Of a stretch of DNA of 64,000 nucleotides, positions 47,500 through 55,802 are shown one piece after another. Where the stretch lies: the NCBI GenBank assembly GCA_963665775.2, contig CAXXTF010000002.1, positions 1,248,001-1,312,000 of the forward strand, read 5' to 3'. The stretch comes from Dehalococcoidia bacterium (GTDB taxonomy: Bacteria; Chloroflexota; Dehalococcoidia; SM23-28-2; RBG-16-64-32). The notes under the pieces were generated by a model that saw nothing but the letters and a program-made list of their open reading frames with translations, was not told the origin of the DNA and did not search any database. The first letter of the stretch is position 1; every line of letters starts with the position of its first letter. The translations under genes and the position numbers were made by a program.

Positions 47500-47509
47500 T
47501 CGCTGACCC

Positions 47510-48493
47510 TTATTCTTCGGCCCTTTCTCCCCGCTTGAAGATAGTTGTCCCGCCTGGCATCTCTGGCTTCTCTCCCAACTTCATGGCCAACTGTTTTACC
47601 CCCTCTACCAGCGACATCTGAGGAACATAGCCAAGGGAACCGAGTTTGGAAATGTCGGCCACAAGACGATAGGAGTCGCTCGAAATGTGAGTGATCTCGC
47701 TGACAGCCGCCACGCAGCCGGTAACAGAACCGATCACCTCTACAAGCTGACGCATGGGTATCTCATCACCGGACCCGATGTTGAAAACCTCACCCGCTTC
47801 GGCCTTGTCCGCGATTAAGAGTATGCCTTGTATGAGGTCACTGACATGAACGAAGTCTCTCGTTTTCTTGTCCCTGTCGCCGACGACTTGAATCGGTCTG
47901 TGATTTAGATGCCAACGAAGATATCGGGAAACCTCAACTAGCGCTAGTTTCGGGTTCTCTCCAGGACCGTAGACGCAGAACGGCCTCGCTATCACCACTG
48001 GTAAATTGCATGCCTGAAAGAACGAGAGGCAACACAACTCCCCCGCCAGCTTGGACGCTCCATAGGGCACGAAGGGCTTTGTCGGGTGCCCCTCATCCAT
48101 GGGAAATCGGGATGGTGCGCCATAAACCGATGCCGACGAAACGTAGACAACCCGCTTTGCCCCGGCGAGAAGGGCAGCCTCCAGAACATTGAAAGTTCCC
48201 ATAGCGTTCGTCTCGAAATCGAATCGAGGGTCGTTGACGGAAACGGTTCCATTAGCATTGGCCGCGGTATGAAAGATCAATTCAGCGCCCTTAGCCGCCT
48301 CGATAACCTGAGCCTGATCCCGCACATCCACTCGTACTAGTGTGGTGCCCGCGGACAATCCCTCCTTTGACCCAGCGTATAGGTTATCTAATACGACAAC
48401 CTCCCTATGTGAAGATAGGAGGGCGTTGACAAGGTGGCTGCCTATGAAGCCCAAACCGCCCGTCACGAGTATCTTGTCATACTGTTCGAGCAT
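47510..48493 (-). CDS. NAD-dependent epimerase/dehydratase (extended SDR)
   Basis: TGGLGFIGS, SSASVYG, YGASK, RDFVHV; more AT-rich than the flanks. Confidence 0.9.
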   Translation of the reverse strand: MLEQYDKILVTGGLGFIGSHLVNALLSSHREVVVLDNLYAGSKEGLSAGTTLVRVDVRDQAQVIEAAKGAELIFHTAANANGTVSVNDPRFDFETNAMGTFNVLEAALLAGAKRVVYVSSASVYGAPSRFPMDEGHPTKPFVPYGASKLAGELCCLSFFQACNLPVVIARPFCVYGPGENPKLALVEVSRYLRWHLNHRPIQVVGDRDKKTRDFVHVSDLIQGILLIADKAEAGEVFNIGSGDEIPMRQLVEVIGSVTGCVAAVSEITHISSDSYRLVADISKLGSLGYVPQMSLVEGVKQLAMKLGEKPEMPGGTTIFKRGERAEE

Positions 48494-48532
48494 CGCTCCC
48501 TCTCGACCTCAGTTCCCCTCAACCCCTCGCCC

Positions 48533-49309
48533 TCAGGCAGGCTTACCCACCGGCGATCTCTCGAACGCAGCCACGAACGCCTCCAGGAACCCGGTCAGGT
48601 TAGCGACCGCTTTCATCTCGGCCCTGGCCGTCCTCACCAAGAGCGGGATACGCCCCGGATGCCGCAGTACATACGGGAGCGCCCGGTGCGTCCGCTGCTC
48701 TCCCGCCGGCGCCATGACCCCGGGGATGATCGGGAAGGTATCCTGGGCCCCGTCGGAGACGGCGCGCACGGCCAGGAAGGGCAGGCCCTGCTCCTTGGCC
48801 GCTTGGCCCACCCAATAGCTCTCCATCTCCACCACGTCCAATCCAGTGGCCTGTCTCAAGGCGGCCTTCTGGCGCGGCCCGGGAACTACCTCGCTGCTGG
48901 TCAGGGAGCACCCGGACCAGCTGCACAGGCCAACGCTCTCGGCGGCCCGCCTCGCGGTTTCCAGCAGCGACACATCGGAGAGAACGGCCTCAGGAGCCCT
49001 GCCGTCCTCTCTCTCCGAATCGGCCTTATGCACCGTCTCGGCGAAAACGAGGTCTCCCACGACGTACTCCGGCGACAGCGCCCCCGCCAGCCCTACCGAG
49101 AGAACGGCGTCGGGCCGGTAATGGCCCAGCACCGCGTCGGCGGCCTCGCCCGCGCGCCGGCCCATGCCCGTACGGCAGACCAGGAGCCGTTGGCCGTCAT
49201 ACTCACCCACCGTCAGCGCGTAGCCGCCCAGCGGAGCGCGGTCTCGGACATCCAGACGGCGGAGGAAAGGCCGAACCTCTAGCTCCAACGCCGCGAAGAG
49301 GGCGATCAT
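48533..49309 (-). CDS. hpnG: Hopanoid-associated nucleoside phosphorylase HpnG-like
   Basis: TGMG, GLAGAL, VEMES, VRAVSD; located between hpnH and shc. Confidence 0.8.
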   Translation of the reverse strand: MIALFAALELEVRPFLRRLDVRDRAPLGGYALTVGEYDGQRLLVCRTGMGRRAGEAADAVLGHYRPDAVLSVGLAGALSPEYVVGDLVFAETVHKADSEREDGRAPEAVLSDVSLLETARRAAESVGLCSWSGCSLTSSEVVPGPRQKAALRQATGLDVVEMESYWVGQAAKEQGLPFLAVRAVSDGAQDTFPIIPGVMAPAGEQRTHRALPYVLRHPGRIPLLVRTARAEMKAVANLTGFLEAFVAAFERSPVGKPA

Positions 49310-50394
49310 TTGGCCGCGGCCTGTTCCTCCTTGGCGGGGGTCTCCTGCGGCTCAGCTCCCCGGCCGTTGCCACTTCGCCCGGCACCGGGAAAGATGGAGC
49401 GGCGGGCTAGCTCCAGGAAGGCGGTCGGCTTCTCCATAGCCTCCGCGATGGCCGACCCCTCGTAGCCGCAATGCATCATGCAGCTGTCGCAGCGAGGGTC
49501 TCGGCCGAACCCATAGGCGCCCCAGTCGGTGGTCTCCATCAGCTCAGTGTAGGTGGCCGCGTGCTCATCGGCGATGAGGTAGCAGGGTTTACGCCAGCCG
49601 GCTGGAGTGTAGGTGGGCGTCGTCCACTGGCTGCACTCGTATTCGCGCTTTCCCATCAGGAAGTCCAGGTAGAGAGGGTTATTGTAGAAGCGGATACCGG
49701 CCTTGCACCCCTCGAAGATACGACGGAAGAAGGCCCGGGCCTCATCCCTCTCCATGAAGATATCGTGGTGGGCCACCTCCTTATACTGGAAGCCGGGCAC
49801 CACCATCATCCCTTCCACCCCCATATCGTTTAGCATCGAGAACAGCTTGTGATACTCCTCCGGCTGATTGCCGCTGAACAGGGTCGTATTGGTGCAGACC
49901 CGATAGCCCGCCTGGCGGAGTTCCCGAATCGCCTTCACGGCCACGTCGTAAACGCCCTTGCGCTCCACGGCGATATCGTGCGTCTCCCGCAGCCCGTCCA
50001 GATGGACAACGAAGGCGAAGTAGGGCGATGGCTTGATGTCCTTAATCGCCTTCTTGTACAGGAGGGCGTTGGTGCAAAGGTAGACGAACCGCTTCTGCTT
50101 CACTACGCCCGCGACGATCTCCCCGATCTTGGGATGCATGAGCGGCTCACCCCCGGCGATAGAGACCACGGGTGAGTCGCACTCCTCGACCGCCCGCATG
50201 CACTCCTCCACGCTCAGGTGGTGGCTCAAAATGGACTCGTACTCCCGGATGCGGCCGCAGCCGGTGCAGGTCAGATTACAGTCCTCCAGAGGCTCCAGGA
50301 TCATCGTAAGGGGGAACCGCTTTCGCCCCTTGACCTTCTGTTTGAACAGATACCAACCCAATTTCAGCGATAGTGCCATCGGTCGACCAGCCAC
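49306..50394 (-). CDS. hpnH: Adenosyl-hopene transferase (radical SAM)
   Basis: LEPLEDCNLTCTGCGRI, SIAGGEPL, LCTNA, PCYL, CMMHCGYE. Confidence 0.93.
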   Translation of the reverse strand: MAGRPMALSLKLGWYLFKQKVKGRKRFPLTMILEPLEDCNLTCTGCGRIREYESILSHHLSVEECMRAVEECDSPVVSIAGGEPLMHPKIGEIVAGVVKQKRFVYLCTNALLYKKAIKDIKPSPYFAFVVHLDGLRETHDIAVERKGVYDVAVKAIRELRQAGYRVCTNTTLFSGNQPEEYHKLFSMLNDMGVEGMMVVPGFQYKEVAHHDIFMERDEARAFFRRIFEGCKAGIRFYNNPLYLDFLMGKREYECSQWTTPTYTPAGWRKPCYLIADEHAATYTELMETTDWGAYGFGRDPRCDSCMMHCGYEGSAIAEAMEKPTAFLELARRSIFPGAGRSGNGRGAEPQETPAKEEQAAAK

Positions 50395-50418
50395 GCCATT
50401 CCCCTTCCTATGGTGTGA

Positions 50419-51447
50419 TTAGAAATCACGTTCCAAGAGGAAGGCCGCCGTCTCTCTCAACTCCTCGGCAGCCTCAGACCTCAAGTTGAGGCGGTCCAGC
50501 TCCGCCAGCGCCGCCTCCTCGCCACCCTTGGCCAAGTGTTGGCAGTAGGCACTGGCCTCCAAGGCGTCCAGGCAGCTCAACACCATGGACACGTCCTCAT
50601 CGCCAACCTCCTGCCTGCTGTAGATCCGCCGCAGATCGTCCAGCACAGCGCCCTCCGCACGCGACAGGGCGTACACCACCGGCAACGACTTCTTCCGGCG
50701 GCGGATGTCCGCTGCCATTGGCTTACCGGTCTGGTTCTCGGCACCCCAGACGCCCAGCATATCGTCCCGAATCTGAAAGGCCACCCCCAGCAGCCGACCG
50801 CAGCGGCCGAGGGCCTCCGCCTGCGAGCGATCCGCACCGCCCACGAGCGCCCCCAGGCGCAGCGAGCAATCAAACAGGGCGCCTGTCTTCTTCCCGATCA
50901 TCTCCAGATACGAAGCCAGATCCACGTCCAGCCGCGGCTCGAAGCTCAGGTCCATCACCTGGCCCTCCACCATCTCCAGCGTCCGCTCGTTCAGGATACG
51001 AGCCGCCTCCACCACCGACGCCGGTGGCAGTCCCTCCTGGGCCAGCCCCAGGACCGCTATCTGAGCCAGCGAGAGCAAGGCATCCCCAGCGTTGATCGCC
51101 TGACCTTCGCCCCAGAGGGCCCAGACGGTGGGCTGATGCCGCCGCTCCCGGTCCCCGTCCTGGATATCATCATGAACCAGGGAGAAGTTGTGCACCAGCT
51201 CCAGGGCAGCCGCGGCCGGAAGCGCCCGCCGCCAATCACCGGCCACCGCCTCACAAGCGAGCAAGCAGAGGGTAGACCGTAGCGCTTTCCCCCCGGCTGA
51301 CTCCGTGGGCTGCCCTTCCACGTCCTCCCAGCCCAGGTGGTAGCGGGCCATTCGGTACAGGACAGGGGCCCCCTCGCGAGCTAGAAACGCGCGCAGGGTC
51401 CTGTCCACCTCTCGCCTGTAGCGATCCAGAGCGGCGGGCGGCTCCAA
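50419..51447 (-). CDS. Polyprenyl (FPP/GGPP) synthase
   Basis: GGKALR, VHDDIQD..RR, KTG, FQIRDD. Confidence 0.92.
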   Translation of the reverse strand: MEPPAALDRYRREVDRTLRAFLAREGAPVLYRMARYHLGWEDVEGQPTESAGGKALRSTLCLLACEAVAGDWRRALPAAAALELVHNFSLVHDDIQDGDRERRHQPTVWALWGEGQAINAGDALLSLAQIAVLGLAQEGLPPASVVEAARILNERTLEMVEGQVMDLSFEPRLDVDLASYLEMIGKKTGALFDCSLRLGALVGGADRSQAEALGRCGRLLGVAFQIRDDMLGVWGAENQTGKPMAADIRRRKKSLPVVYALSRAEGAVLDDLRRIYSRQEVGDEDVSMVLSCLDALEASAYCQHLAKGGEEAALAELDRLNLRSEAAEELRETAAFLLERDF

Positions 51448-51449
51448 GG

Positions 51450-51887
51450 TTACTCTCCCACCAGCTGAACTACGACCTCCCGATTACGTCCGTGATCCAG
51501 CTCCACCAGGAAGATGCGCTGCCACTGACCGAAGACGAGCTGACCGCCGGTGATCGGCACCGACTCGCTGGCCCCGAGGAGCAGTTGCTGACAGTGGGAG
51601 TGACCGTTGGGACGCTCGCCGTTAGTGGAGAAGGCGTGCGCGTAACGGTTGTGGTCGTAATCATTTTGGGCAGGTACCATCTCCTGCAGCATCTTCTCCA
51701 TATCGTCGATGAGGTGCGGCTCGTTCTCGTTGATACGGATAGCCGCCGTGGTGTGCTTACAGAAGACGACGGCGAAACCATTCTGAAGACCAGACGCCTC
51801 CGTTACCTTCTGCACCCGATCGGTAATATCGATAAACTGAGGGCCCTTCTCCGTCTGGATAGCGAACGTCTGTGACAGAAACTTCAT
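51450..51887 (-). CDS. yjbQ: YjbQ/UPF0047 family protein
   Basis: HTTAAIRINENE, NGHSH, GQWQRIFLVELD. Confidence 0.92.
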   Translation of the reverse strand: MKFLSQTFAIQTEKGPQFIDITDRVQKVTEASGLQNGFAVVFCKHTTAAIRINENEPHLIDDMEKMLQEMVPAQNDYDHNRYAHAFSTNGERPNGHSHCQQLLLGASESVPITGGQLVFGQWQRIFLVELDHGRNREVVVQLVGE

Positions 51888-51903
51888 ACAGTCATCCTCC
51901 TTG

Positions 51904-52053
51904 CTATGTTGACGCCCGACCGGCCTGAACAGAGCGAAGAGATAACTGCCGCGCCGCCCGGAGCCCTACATCCATTCCTGTTAACCGCGCCGCCACCTCC
52001 ACCCGAAACTGCTGACGGTGGAATTCCCGCGTCTTCGCTTTACTAATGCCCAT
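51904..52053 (-). CDS. 49-aa ORF with weak MerR-HTH-like segment
   Basis: AGGGAG SD; MGISKAKTREFHRQQFRVEVAARLTGMDVGLRAARQ...; fills the hpnE-yjbQ gap. Confidence 0.4.
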   Translation of the reverse strand: MGISKAKTREFHRQQFRVEVAARLTGMDVGLRAARQLSLRSVQAGRAST

Positions 52054-52103
52054 CCATTACTCCCTGAATGATCGAATAATAATTGCTTCCGTGCCCCTCG
52101 TCT

Positions 52104-53492
52104 CTAGTTGACTCCAACCACCTCCCCTCCTGCAACCCGTCGGCCGGCGCTCTCCCGTATTTCCCGAGCCGCCAGCAGGCCGCTGCGAACGGCGCTCTCC
52201 ATGGTGGCCGGCCAACCGGTGTCCGTCCAATCGCCGGCCAGGAACAGATTCTCTACCGGCGTCCGCTGCGAGGGACGCAGGCCAGCTATGCCCGGCCTGG
52301 GCGCGAAGGTGGCATCCTGCTGCTTCACTGCGATCGCCCGCTTCACCGTCGCTCCGCGAGCGGCCGGGAACAGCGACCACACCTCCTTGGTGAACAGATC
52401 GATGATCTCCCTGGCAGGCAACCCAGCGAACTCGTAAGCGCCGCTGAGGGAGATATCGAGGTACTGGCCGCCGCCGTCCTGCCCGCCCCACAGCTTCGAC
52501 TTGTTGAATACCCACTGAAGCGGCGTATTCAGGAAGGCGGCGAAGTCACCGTCCCATACGGGCCGATCGTACCACAGATGGACGTTAACGATGGGCGACG
52601 TCTTGATGCGCTTGATCCTACGGAAGAACCGATCTGTCCGCACGGCCGCCGGCAACAGCGAGAGCAGGCGCTCGGCGGGCACCGCCAACACGTAGCTGGC
52701 GGCGGTGATCTCGGCCTCTTCGACGATGGCGCGGGAGACGCTGCCGTTCCGCATCTCGATCGCTTTCAGCCCCAGCCCTACCCGCACTTCGCCGCCCCGC
52801 TCCTCGATATACCGCTTGGCGGCATCCGCCAGGAGGTACGACAGTCCCACCTTCGCCCAACCCACGTTAGCCCCATCCCGCCCGCGCAGGAACCCCTCCT
52901 GCAGCACCATCAGCGCCAGGTCCGCGCTCACTTGGGAAACGTCACCGTTCAGGGTAGGCTGGATTATCAGGTTCCATAGACTCCTAATGGCGTTGGGGGT
53001 CTGACGCTGCCGGCGCAGCCATTGGTCGAAGGTCAGACCGTCCAGTTCCGGATGTTTGGCCCGGTTCAGCGAGCGCATCTGGACGAAGGCGTAGATCGCG
53101 CCCGCCCTCTCGACCGGCGACAGGGAGCGAAAGCGCAGCAGCGATGGCAGCAGGTGCAGCGGCGGCCGCAGCCCGCCATCCCTCAGGACACTCTCCCCCC
53201 ATACCTTGTCGATGATGCGTACCCGCAGGCGTTTCTGGAGATGCACCTTGTCGTAGACCCCCAGCCGTTTCAAGAACCCTATGTACTCTGTGCAGCAGCC
53301 CAGAAAGACGTGCTGACCGTTATCGATCTCTAGCCCCGACCGCTTGTCTATATGCGAGTAGGTGCGGCCGCCGAGGAAAGGACGCTTCTCCACGAGGGTG
53401 ACGCGCCGGCCGGCCTCGGCCAACTCGCAGGCGGCGGCCAGCCCTGCCAGACCGCCACCCACCACCAGCACAGACTGCTTCCCGTTCATCAT
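52104..53492 (-). CDS. hpnE: Hydroxysqualene dehydroxylase HpnE
   Basis: GGGLAG, DNGQHVFLGCC, AGDWTDTGWPATMESAVRSG. Confidence 0.93.
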   Translation of the reverse strand: MMNGKQSVLVVGGGLAGLAAACELAEAGRRVTLVEKRPFLGGRTYSHIDKRSGLEIDNGQHVFLGCCTEYIGFLKRLGVYDKVHLQKRLRVRIIDKVWGESVLRDGGLRPPLHLLPSLLRFRSLSPVERAGAIYAFVQMRSLNRAKHPELDGLTFDQWLRRQRQTPNAIRSLWNLIIQPTLNGDVSQVSADLALMVLQEGFLRGRDGANVGWAKVGLSYLLADAAKRYIEERGGEVRVGLGLKAIEMRNGSVSRAIVEEAEITAASYVLAVPAERLLSLLPAAVRTDRFFRRIKRIKTSPIVNVHLWYDRPVWDGDFAAFLNTPLQWVFNKSKLWGGQDGGGQYLDISLSGAYEFAGLPAREIIDLFTKEVWSLFPAARGATVKRAIAVKQQDATFAPRPGIAGLRPSQRTPVENLFLAGDWTDTGWPATMESAVRSGLLAAREIRESAGRRVAGGEVVGVN

Positions 53493-54349
53493 CGCGCCAG
53501 GCTCCGCACCAGCTCGCGACTCGCCAGGGCCAGCTTCTGGCCCGTATTCAGGCTTACCCGCCGCTGGAACACTCCCTCCGGCCGACGCTCGATGTCCTTC
53601 AGGATAGAGCTATATATCCCGACCATCACCCTCACACAGGCCCGTGCCCGCTGCGGCAAGTACGGCAGCAGCAGCAGCCCCTCCGCGTAGTACTGTCGAG
53701 CCCGCTCGATCTGGAAGGCCAGCAGACGGCGAAATCCGGACGTGGCGTTCCCGCGGAACAGCTCCTCCTCATCGTAACCGAAGGCCACCAGCTCCTCCTG
53801 TGGCAGGTAGACACGGTCTCGGGCCACGTCCTCCCGCAGATCGCGCAGGATGTTGGTCAACTGCAGAGCGATGCCCAGATCGGCGGCGTGGCTCCGCGCC
53901 ACTTCGCTACCGTCGTAGCCGAATATCTCGATGGAGATGAGCCCCACCGTGGAGGCCACCAGATGGCAGTATCGCCGCAACTCGTCGAACGTCTGAAAGC
54001 GCTGCCCTGTCAGGTCGATCGCCACCCCCTCGATGAGCCCGTAGAGGTGCTCCTGAGGTATAGCGAAGGTGTCCACCGAGTGCTTCAGGGCGGTGAACAC
54101 GGGCCCCTCCGGCCTGCCCTCCAGACAGCGGTCCAACGACTCCCGGTAGGCGGCTAGCCGCAAGACGGCCTCCTCCGGGGGCAACCCCGCGTCCACGATA
54201 TCGTCGCACTGGCGGGCGTAGGCGTAGGCGGCATAGATGGCCCGGCGCTGGTCGCCGGGCAGAAGCATGAAGCCATAGTAGAAGTTCCTGGCCTCCCTCT
54301 TCGCCAGCGCCCGGCAATGACCGTAGGCGGCATCCAGGTCATCCCTCAT
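53489..54349 (-). CDS. hpnD: Presqualene diphosphate synthase HpnD
   Basis: NFYYGF, CDDIVD, VASTVG, LQLTNILRD. Confidence 0.88.
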   Translation of the reverse strand: MRDDLDAAYGHCRALAKREARNFYYGFMLLPGDQRRAIYAAYAYARQCDDIVDAGLPPEEAVLRLAAYRESLDRCLEGRPEGPVFTALKHSVDTFAIPQEHLYGLIEGVAIDLTGQRFQTFDELRRYCHLVASTVGLISIEIFGYDGSEVARSHAADLGIALQLTNILRDLREDVARDRVYLPQEELVAFGYDEEELFRGNATSGFRRLLAFQIERARQYYAEGLLLLPYLPQRARACVRVMVGIYSSILKDIERRPEGVFQRRVSLNTGQKLALASRELVRSLAR

Positions 54350-55232
54350 AACGACCTCGCGATACGGCCGGCTCCGGCAACAGCGCCCGCGCCACCAACC
54401 AGCCCTTCCGCAGCCTAGAGATGCTCGGCCGCCGGTGCAGCACGTCGTAACCGATACGCTCGATGGCATCCAGGACGGCCAGCCCACCCAGGGAGAAGAG
54501 CCGCAGGTCCGCCCGTAGGCGACCCCGGACCAGCATGGGCAGCCTCCGCCCCTGACGGAACAACTCTCGCGTCCTCTCGACCTGAAAAGCCATCAGACTC
54601 CGGAACAGCTTGTTGTAGCGGCGTTCCTGCAGATCGTCTTCACTGTAGCCAAAGCGCTCCATGTCCTCTAAGGGGATGTATATGCGCCCCATATTCAGGT
54701 CCACCGCCACATCCTGCCAGAAGTTGGTCAGTTGCAGGGCCGTCGTGATGGCGTCAGCCATCGCTTTCCGTTCAGCGTCGGCGCAACCGAACAGGTGCAG
54801 GACCAAATGGCCAACGGGATTCGCCGAGTAAGTGCAGTAATCCTCCAGCTCCGCGAAAGTGCCATACCGGTTGATGCGCTGCTCGCGTCGGTTCGCCTCG
54901 ATGAGCCGCAGGAACGGTTCTCGCGGCAGGCAGAACCGGTCGATCGTCTCCCGCAGGGCCACGAAGCGGATGTCCCGCGGCCTGCCCTCATAGCAGCGCT
55001 CCAGCTCCGCCTCCCACTCGTCCAGCAGCGCCAGGCGGTCGCCCTCTGCCTCGTCCCCCAGGTCGTCGACACCTCGACTGTAAGCGTAGATCGCGCACAT
55101 GTGCCGACGCAGGGCAGGCGGCAACATCCACGAGGCAACCGTAAAGTTCTCGTAGTGGCCACGAGCCACTTTCTGGCAGTAGTCGAAGGCCTCATCAAGC
55201 GTGGGTGACCTACCCTGCCCTTCAACTAGCAT
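54339..55232 (-). CDS. hpnC: Hydroxysqualene synthase HpnC
   Basis: HYENFTVAS, DDLGDE, SANPVG, LQLTNFWQD. Confidence 0.92.
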   Translation of the reverse strand: MLVEGQGRSPTLDEAFDYCQKVARGHYENFTVASWMLPPALRRHMCAIYAYSRGVDDLGDEAEGDRLALLDEWEAELERCYEGRPRDIRFVALRETIDRFCLPREPFLRLIEANRREQRINRYGTFAELEDYCTYSANPVGHLVLHLFGCADAERKAMADAITTALQLTNFWQDVAVDLNMGRIYIPLEDMERFGYSEDDLQERRYNKLFRSLMAFQVERTRELFRQGRRLPMLVRGRLRADLRLFSLGGLAVLDAIERIGYDVLHRRPSISRLRKGWLVARALLPEPAVSRGRYEG

Positions 55233-55333
55233 CAGCCTCCCTCTAACGCCGGATGCATGCAGCACCCCATCCGGGCTCGCTCCCGGCCTGGAGCAAGCGC
55301 AATGAGGCGGCTCGGGGGATGTGGCTCGGATAG

Positions 55334-55387
55334 CTAGCGAGAGATGATTAACAAAAATAGATCAGAACACTGATGTTCTCGCCGCAT
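55334..55387 (-). CDS. Candidate 17-aa leader peptide MRREHQCSDLFLLIISR
   Basis: Strong GGAGGAGGTG SD, between the promoter and hpnC. Confidence 0.4.
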   Translation of the reverse strand: MRREHQCSDLFLLIISR

Positions 55388-55468
55388 CCTAACCCACCTC
55401 CTCCGCGACCCCAGCGTCATCGTTACGTTAATCTATCGTATAGACACCTCCAGAGCCTATTGGCTCAC

Positions 55469-55496
55469 ATTTTAGGCCGCAGCGCAACGATGTCAA
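55469..55496 (-). promoter_or_regulatory. Sigma70-type promoter for the hpn operon
   Basis: TTGACA-N16-TAAAAT on the minus strand. Confidence 0.6.
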
Positions 55497-55544
55497 TAGT
55501 ATGACAACGCCAAAACGCTTGACCGCCCAACCAGGACACGAAGC

Positions 55545-55659
55545 TCCACATCCACTCCGTAAGGAGGCTGAGGGACCGAGCTCCCATCAGGGAGCTGCGG
55601 CCGTTCATGTAGAGCCAGCGTCGGTGCCAGCGAGGCATCATACGCCTGGCGATTGTGGA
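55545..55659 (+). ncRNA. Unassigned multi-stem RNA candidate
   Basis: Closing TCCACA/TGTGGA stem with three internal hairpins, including CTCC-GTAA-GGAG. Confidence 0.35.
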
Positions 55660-55802
55660 TACGCACCGTTAACGCTATACTAGCGAAACCGCGGAAGGAG
55701 ACCCTCCTCACGATGAGTGATGACCGCTCACGCGGTATGGCTGCGGCACTCGTTTCATGAGCTGTACTCGTTCAGGTTCAGAGTGCCTAGTTAGGGAGTG
55801 AG

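Noticed and set aside
55545-55659. SAM-I, TPP, ZTP, c-di-AMP or raiA assignment for the structured element
   Set aside because: Only scattered short matches; required conserved segments are missing or out of order
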